From Candidatus Woesearchaeota archaeon (GTDB lineage: Archaea; Nanobdellota; Nanobdellia; Woesearchaeales; GW2011-AR4): a stretch of 19,894 nt of DNA. Below the pieces are notes generated by a model. It ran no database searches, was not told the DNA's origin, and was given only the letters and a program-made list of their open reading frames with translations. The translations under genes and the position numbers were made by a program. Shown piece by piece: positions 14,641-19,894 of the stretch; positions within the stretch are counted from its first letter, which is position 1; every line of letters starts with the position of its first letter. Location: NCBI GenBank assembly GCA_016181305.1, contig JACOZN010000007.1, forward strand, positions 1-19,894, read 5' to 3'.

Positions 14641-15444
14641 TTATTTCTTCTTCTCTTCCTTCTTCGGAGATTCTTTCTTGGCTTCTGCTGCCGGTGCTGC
14701 CGCTCCCGCTGCAGGCGCCGCTCCCGGCGCAGCCCCTGCCGCTGCAGCTCCCTCGACAGGCAGCAGTTCCTTTATCATGTCGTCCGGAATTCCGGACAAT
14801 ACAAGCTTTGCCTTGATTTCCCCGCGAGGCTTGCCTGCCATCTGCGCAATAATATCCTTTGCAATCTTCTCGAACTCTGCCTTTCTCTTTGCAAGCTCCT
14901 CTGCCAGCCTCTTTTTCTCCTCTTCAAGCCTTGCGAGCTCTTCAGCAGTAAGCTCTGTCTTTTCCAATCTTATCTCCTCGTCAAAAAGCCCTGCATCAAC
15001 GTCTTTAATGGTCTCTTTTGCAGGCTTTCCCTCGACAAGAATCCCCATTGACTGGCATGTCCCTATAATCTCTTTTACCTTCTCTTTTAATGACTTGCCC
15101 AATGTGGCAGTCTCTTTCATCTTTGCTATCTTGATTACCTGCTCAATAAGAATGTCAGCAACCATCTCGTGCTTTGCCTTGCCCGAGCCTTTTTCCAGGT
15201 TCACCTCTTTCTTAATTAAACCAGAAGCCGGGGGGGTCCCAATCACTATCTCATACTGCTTTGTTTCCTTGTCTATGAAAATCTTGACAGGCACCTGCAT
15301 TCCCTGGAATGAAGAAGTCTTTTTGTTTATGTCGGATACAACCTGCCCTATGTTGACGCCCATAGGCCCGAGTGCTGGTCCAAGCGGCGGCGCTGCAGTT
15401 GCCTTCCCGCCTTCAACCAAAACCTCAACTTTTTCTTTTGGCAT
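14641..15444 (-). CDS. rpl11: 50S ribosomal protein uL11 with long C-terminal extension
   Basis: VEGGKATAAPPLGPALGP.GVNI, GMQVPVKI, GTPPASGLIKKE, KEIIGTCQSMGILVEGK. Core ends near residue 160 of 267. Confidence 0.95.
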   Translation of the reverse strand: MPKEKVEVLVEGGKATAAPPLGPALGPMGVNIGQVVSDINKKTSSFQGMQVPVKIFIDKETKQYEIVIGTPPASGLIKKEVNLEKGSGKAKHEMVADILIEQVIKIAKMKETATLGKSLKEKVKEIIGTCQSMGILVEGKPAKETIKDVDAGLFDEEIRLEKTELTAEELARLEEEKKRLAEELAKRKAEFEKIAKDIIAQMAGKPRGEIKAKLVLSGIPDDMIKELLPVEGAAAAGAAPGAAPAAGAAAPAAEAKKESPKKEEKKK

Positions 15445-15495
15445 TTTTTATTGGATTTTTTGATATTTTTTAAATTTATAGTTCGTCTATAATTT

Positions 15496-15570
15496 ATGTG
15501 CCATCAAAGATGGTACATTTTTGATAAAACTTTTTTCTAAAAAGTTTTCCGTCGTCAACTGACGGGACGG
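15496..15570. other. Three consecutive inverted repeats between spt5 and rpl11
   Basis: ATGTGCCATC-AAA-GATGGTACAT (15496-15518), AAAACTTTTT-TCT-AAAAAGTTTT (15526-15548), CCGTCGTC-AACT-GAC(GG)GACGG (15549-15570). Confidence 0.6.
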
Positions 15571-15578
15571 TTGAACCT

Positions 15579-16088
15579 TTACAAGCCTTCTTCTTCCCCG
15601 CTATCCTCTTCCTTTTTTGTTTCTGGAATATCCGTCTCCCTTCTTATGACCTTGACAGCGTCCATCTTGACTGTTATGGGGATTGGAACAGCGGCTTCAA
15701 GCAGCTCGACAACAACCTCTTCCTTTGTCTTGTCAATCCTTGTGACTTTTGCATTTTCCCTCTTGAAAGGCCCTGAGATGATTTCAACAATGTCGCTCTT
15801 TTGTATGTTCATCTCGTGCTTTACCTGCTCGAGCATGTGCTCTATCTCCGAATATTTCACAGGATGCGCCAAAATGCCCCTTGCGTAAGGTATGTTGAAT
15901 GCTGCCTGCTCTGCATCTGTCTTTGTTGCAGCCTCTATGAAAATATACCCCCTCATGCCGTGCGGCCTTATTACTGAGTAAACCTCGATTTTTTTCTTCT
16001 GGGCGTTGCTCGCCACAAAATCCATAACCTGGTCCTCCCTGTTTGCAGTCGTCCTCAGGGCAAAAATTGTATCATCTTCTTTTGACAT
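15579..16088 (-). CDS. spt5: Transcription elongation factor Spt5 (archaeal NusG)
   Basis: NGN domain (IFALRTTANRE, RGYIFIEA) and KOW domain (DIVEIISGPFKRENAKVTRID...EVVVELLEAAVPIPITV). Confidence 0.95.
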   Translation of the reverse strand: MSKEDDTIFALRTTANREDQVMDFVASNAQKKKIEVYSVIRPHGMRGYIFIEAATKTDAEQAAFNIPYARGILAHPVKYSEIEHMLEQVKHEMNIQKSDIVEIISGPFKRENAKVTRIDKTKEEVVVELLEAAVPIPITVKMDAVKVIRRETDIPETKKEEDSGEEEGL

Positions 16089-16170
16089 GTTAGTACCCGA
16101 ACTAGGCTTTAAATTTAATATAGAAAACCTAGAATAGATATTGGATAAAGTATCCCTTTATAAAGTTTAC

Positions 16171-16368
16171 CTAAAAAAACAGCAGCTTAACCATCTGTAT
16201 AACAAACCCTATAAGCCCTATAATCAGAATCCCAAGGCCGCTTACCTTGACAATGGTCTTGAACTCAATCGCATCAGGCTTTTTTGTGACTTTAAGCACC
16301 CTAAGGCATTCGCCGATAAAAGCCCTGATTTTGTATTTCCATGAATTGACGTCTTCTGTTTCTTCCAT
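16171..16368 (-). CDS. secE: Protein translocase subunit SecE / Sec61-gamma
   Basis: RVLKVTKKPDAIEFKTIVKVSGLGILIIGLIGFVI. Sits between ftsZ and spt5 as in the conserved archaeal block. Confidence 0.93.
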   Translation of the reverse strand: MEETEDVNSWKYKIRAFIGECLRVLKVTKKPDAIEFKTIVKVSGLGILIIGLIGFVIQMVKLLFF

Positions 16369-16411
16369 TTTTATCAAAAATAAGATATCCAGAAATCTTT
16401 TATAAACTTAT

Positions 16412-17557
16412 CTAATCCAGAAACTCAATCCCAAGGTGCTGCTCAATCTCCTTCTTTTTCTTGTCGGTTGCCTTCTTGCTTGAGCCGAAGATTTGTGAAG
16501 ACTTAACTCCAGTTACAATCAGCATCGTCCTTATAGTCTTTTCCATGTCCTTGTAGATTTGCGCGCCCCATATTATTCTTGCGTCCTCATCGAGTTTTTC
16601 TGTTATTGTCTCAACCACTTTGCGAGCTTCATCCAGGGTCATGTCTTCTCCGCCTATAACATTAATCAATGCTCCATTGGCACCTGAGATGTCAACATCA
16701 AGCAATGGGTTGTTGATTGCCTTTTCAACAGCCTCCACTGCCCTGTTTTCTGTGTCGCTTTCTCCAACCCCGATCAATGCAACCCCTCCACCTTTCATGA
16801 CAGCCCTTATGTCGGCAAAGTCAAGATTTACCAATCCTGCTTTTGTCACAAGCTCTGCAATTCCCTTCACAGAATTAGTCAAAATCTCGTCAGCAACCTT
16901 GAATGCCGTGTGCAATGGCAGCTCCGGCGCCAGTTCAAGCAATTTGTCGTTTGGTATGACAATCAATGTGTCAGCCACTTGCTCCATCTTTTCCAGGCCG
17001 ACAACGGCATTTTCGTACCTTCTGTGCCCTTCCATGGCAAACGGCATTGTGACAACTCCCACAGTCAAGGCGCCAAGCTTCTTTGCAATCTCGGCAACTA
17101 CAGGCGCAGAGCCTGTACCTGTGCCTCCGCCCAAGCCGCATGTTACAAAAACCATGTCGCAGCCCTGCAAAGACTTTTTTATCTCTGACTCCTGCTCTCT
17201 TGCAGCCTCTTCCCCCAGCCTTGGCTCAGAGCCTGCTCCGAGCCCTTTTGTCAGCTCTCTTCCAATCAGTATTTTTTTATTTGCGGTTGTGTAAAGCAAG
17301 TCCTGGGCATCCGTGTTCACGGCGATTGTGTCAGCTCCCACAATGCCAACCTCCGTCATCCTGTTGATCGTGTTGTTGCCGCCTCCTCCGCAGCCGACAA
17401 CCTTTATGGTGGCTCTTTGCCTTGCCAGAAGCTGCTCAAGCTCTGCATCTATGTCCTGCACGCTTTTGTCCTGCTGGACAGGCTTTCTCTCTACAGAAAG
17501 CAGCTTGGGATTATCATTAAGCTCTGCCTGCATTGCCTGTTCTATAATGCTCACCAC
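16412..17557 (-). CDS. ftsZ: Cell division protein FtsZ (FtsZ1-type neighbourhood)
   Basis: [23 protein letters not shown], tubulin signature [19 protein letters not shown] start (17557 or 17554) after SD GGGTGAG. Confidence 0.97.
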   Translation of the reverse strand: MVSIIEQAMQAELNDNPKLLSVERKPVQQDKSVQDIDAELEQLLARQRATIKVVGCGGGGNNTINRMTEVGIVGADTIAVNTDAQDLLYTTANKKILIGRELTKGLGAGSEPRLGEEAAREQESEIKKSLQGCDMVFVTCGLGGGTGTGSAPVVAEIAKKLGALTVGVVTMPFAMEGHRRYENAVVGLEKMEQVADTLIVIPNDKLLELAPELPLHTAFKVADEILTNSVKGIAELVTKAGLVNLDFADIRAVMKGGGVALIGVGESDTENRAVEAVEKAINNPLLDVDISGANGALINVIGGEDMTLDEARKVVETITEKLDEDARIIWGAQIYKDMEKTIRTMLIVTGVKSSQIFGSSKKATDKKKKEIEQHLGIEFLD

Positions 17558-17667
17558 AAACTCACCCTTTTACTAGTTTTATTGAAAATTTAACAAAATT
17601 TTTAATCCCAAAACTCACAAGGAGTTTTCGCTATTGCAGAATGGTTATAACTAATATTTAAATCTAT

Positions 17668-18330
17668 TTATTTTTTCTCTTCAGCGGCAAAATCAATGCT
17701 TTTTATGCCCGGGATTGCCCTAGAGGCTATTGCCCTGAGCTCATCAACTGCTTCCTTGGGAATTTTCTGCTTCGCTTTTACTGTTGCCCTGCCTTCGCTT
17801 AATTCAATTTCTGCGTCTTTGGCGTTCAGGTGCGCTTTGAGCAGTGATTTTAGCTTTTCCTTGTCGTCATCAATGATATTATTTATCCTTACCTTATAGA
17901 CTAAATCCTTGCCTGCAAGCGGATGGTTGAAATCAACAAGGCATCTTCCGCCGCTTACTGTCCTGACAACGCCGAACATGCCGTCAATATTGAGCTGCAG
18001 CCCCGGAATCGGCTGTATGTTCTGCTGCCTGAACTTGCCTGCCGGAATCATCTGGATAAGCTTTGCATCTTTCCTGCCGAAGGCATTCTCGCGGCCTATC
18101 TCAAATGTGTACTCTTTCCCTGTTTCCTTCCCAATAATCTGCTCCTCAAGCCCTTTCAGGACATGGCTTTCGCCGACACATATGACGGCAGGAGAGTAAT
18201 CAGCGTGCTTGTCATACACTCCATTTTCCTTTGCAACCTTCTCTTCTGTTGTGTCAAATACAGCATTGTCTTCCTTAATCCTGCCAGTGTACTCTATTTC
18301 CACAAAATCATGCTTTTTGACAACTGCCAT
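17668..18330 (-). CDS. slyD: FKBP-type peptidyl-prolyl isomerase (SlyD-like, archaeal long type)
   Basis: DFVEIEYTG...VFDTT, VLKGLEEQIIG, AFGRKD, IF domain, VDFNHPLAGKDLVY. Confidence 0.9.
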   Translation of the reverse strand: MAVVKKHDFVEIEYTGRIKEDNAVFDTTEEKVAKENGVYDKHADYSPAVICVGESHVLKGLEEQIIGKETGKEYTFEIGRENAFGRKDAKLIQMIPAGKFRQQNIQPIPGLQLNIDGMFGVVRTVSGGRCLVDFNHPLAGKDLVYKVRINNIIDDDKEKLKSLLKAHLNAKDAEIELSEGRATVKAKQKIPKEAVDELRAIASRAIPGIKSIDFAAEEKK

Positions 18331-18359
18331 AGAACTGGAATTTGGGCATTAATGATGGT

Positions 18360-18908
18360 TTATAAAGATTTCTGCTTTGACTCAATAAATTTTATTATAC
18401 TATCGGCAACTTCGCCTGGGGCAATTTTTGTCGTATCAACAAAGCAGTTGTACAATTTTCTGTCGAGGTAGTCCGTGCCATAATACTTTTTGTACCTTTT
18501 CTTCTCGCTTTCCTCCCTTTTTTTGATATTGCTTATGGTGGCTTTCAGGCTTTTGCTTTTTTCATGCTGCCTTTTGTCTCTCAGTATCCTCTCTGCCCTT
18601 ACCCTGTCATCTGCGTCAAGAAAAACCCTGACTTCGGCATGCGGAATGAAGAATGCAGTAAGCCTGCCATCAACGACAAAGTCGTCTTTTTCCTTCCCAA
18701 GCTCCTTAAGCTTGTTGTCAAGCTCAAAGTCAATTGACTTGTCGGTTTCAGCCAGCCGGTTCAGCTCAAGAAGGCTTATGCCCTTCTCTGCCGCCATAGC
18801 CCTCATCAGGTCGCCTATGGAATAGCGATCAAGCCCAAGCTTCTCGGACAGCAGCCTTGCCACAGTGCTTTTGCCGGTGCCGGCCTTTCCGGATATGGTT
18901 ATTCGCAT
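18360..18908 (-). CDS. cmk: Cytidylate kinase, archaeal type
   Basis: ITISGKAGTGKSTVA P-loop, SIGDLMR.MA, IDFELD, VVDGRL, RYKKYYG, VDTT. Confidence 0.92.
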   Translation of the reverse strand: MRITISGKAGTGKSTVARLLSEKLGLDRYSIGDLMRAMAAEKGISLLELNRLAETDKSIDFELDNKLKELGKEKDDFVVDGRLTAFFIPHAEVRVFLDADDRVRAERILRDKRQHEKSKSLKATISNIKKREESEKKRYKKYYGTDYLDRKLYNCFVDTTKIAPGEVADSIIKFIESKQKSL

Positions 18909-19030
18909 ATAACGCTGATTTTATAATTGGTATATATATTTTGTTTTTTGGCTTGTAAATTTAATTATGATATTCTGCTTTGCCGATTTTTGGCAAAAAT
19001 TTTTAAATAGGCATTTTTTCTGTTTTTACC

Positions 19031-19894
19031 ATGAAACAGACTCTGCTTGACAAAGCCGGCATTTTTTTGCTGAGGAAGGGATTTACAATCAAGAATCTGA
19101 CAAGGACATGCTTTGACATCCTTGCAAGGAAAGGGGAGCAGATACTGCTGGTTAAGGTCCTTGAGGATGCAAACTCAATCAGCAGGCAGTACACTGAGGA
19201 GATGATTTCTGTAGCATCGTATGCAAACGCCTCGCCTTTAATAGTTGCTGAAAAAGCAGGAAGCAGGCTCGAGGACAGCGTTATTTATTCAAGATTTAAC
19301 ATATACACTTTGAATTTTAATACATTTGCCAGCTGCATCAGCAACAAATTCCCGTTCATAAAAAGAAGCCAGGCTGGATTGACAGCGTCCATAGTTGGCA
19401 AAAGGCTTAAGGAAAAGAGGGAGGAGCACGGCTACTCCTTGAATGCATTGTCAAAGAAGATTGGAGTTACGAGCAGGATGATAATGAAGTACGAGAATGA
19501 AAACTCAGAGGTTACAATAAACAAGGCCATGAAAATCTATGACTTGTTCGGGCACCATGTTTTCAATGAAGTTGACGTTTTCATGCAGCAAAAGCAGCCC
19601 AAAAGCAAGTTTGAGACAGAGGTTTCAAGAAAATACGTCGAGCTTGGATTTGATGCAACCGAGACAAAAAAAACGCCTTTTGACATTATGGCAAGAAAGG
19701 AAAATGAGCTGATTCTGACTGAGGTCAGCGACAAAGTCAACCCACAGATGCAGTCATTGTCAAAACTGCTCGATGCGGACAACCTTGTGATATTTCACAG
19801 GAAAAAGCCGAAGAACATCCCTTCAATGACAAAGAAGGAGTTCATGGACTTCGAGAAGGCGAATGAGCTGGTGAGGTTTTTGAAGGAGTTTTAG
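19031..19894 (+). CDS. Archaeal Cro/C1-type HTH transcriptional regulator with nuclease-like flanking domains (COG1395-like)
   Basis: FDILARK...LLVKVLEDANS N-terminal domain, central HTH LKEKREEHGYSLNALSKKIGVTSRMIMKYEN, C-terminal TKKTPFDIMAR. Stop TAG at 19892-19894. Confidence 0.8.
   Translation: MKQTLLDKAGIFLLRKGFTIKNLTRTCFDILARKGEQILLVKVLEDANSISRQYTEEMISVASYANASPLIVAEKAGSRLEDSVIYSRFNIYTLNFNTFASCISNKFPFIKRSQAGLTASIVGKRLKEKREEHGYSLNALSKKIGVTSRMIMKYENENSEVTINKAMKIYDLFGHHVFNEVDVFMQQKQPKSKFETEVSRKYVELGFDATETKKTPFDIMARKENELILTEVSDKVNPQMQSLSKLLDADNLVIFHRKKPKNIPSMTKKEFMDFEKANELVRFLKEF

Noticed and set aside
17610-17628. AAAACTC-N5-GAGTTTT hairpin between FKBP and ftsZ
   Set aside because: Short, AT-rich 7-bp stem; not distinguishable from background.
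17631-17639. Second copy of CTATTGCAG (half of the 4966-4993 dyad) upstream of ftsZ
   Set aside because: A single 9-mer with no partner arm is plausible by chance in 20 kb.
2134-19782. The many other overlapping ORFs antisense or out-of-frame to polX, tfe, the methyltransferase, elp3, the ATPase, dtdA, rpl11, spt5, ftsZ, FKBP, cmk and the HTH gene
   Set aside because: They overlap confidently identified genes, have Ser/Phe/Leu-rich shadow composition and carry no motifs.

Overview
Archaeal chromosomal window, most likely from a DPANN lineage such as Woesearchaeota. This is inferred from TFE, archaeal Spt5, DtdA-type deacylase, Elp3, FtsZ, TATA-box promoters and GAGGTGA Shine-Dalgarno (SD) sites. 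Most of it is housekeeping genes: PolX-PHP, Nudix hydrolase, tfe, m5C RNA methyltransferase, elp3, P2A-type ATPase, dtdA, the rpl11-spt5-secE-ftsZ block, FKBP, cmk and an archaeal HTH regulator. Two real genes are absent from the supplied ORF track. One is a >575-aa secreted, tail-fibre-like repeat protein (minus strand, 1725 to past base 1) lying 1 nt downstream of a Tfx-like HTH gene. The other is a 57-aa AbrB/SpoVT-like gene (13373-13546) heading an AbrB-like / TRASH-like Cys protein / P2A ATPase cluster. The most unusual items are a multi-hairpin candidate RNA upstream of tfe whose loop displays an anti-SD sequence, a uL11 with a ~107-aa extension ending in a stalk-protein-like tail, a stand-alone LAGLIDADG-like protein with both catalytic motifs lost, and an Elp3 with eukaryote-type CX9CX2C spacing plus a ~110-aa insertion. 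No CRISPR array, rRNA, tRNA, integrase or transposase was seen. All family calls come from manual motif recognition; no database search was run.
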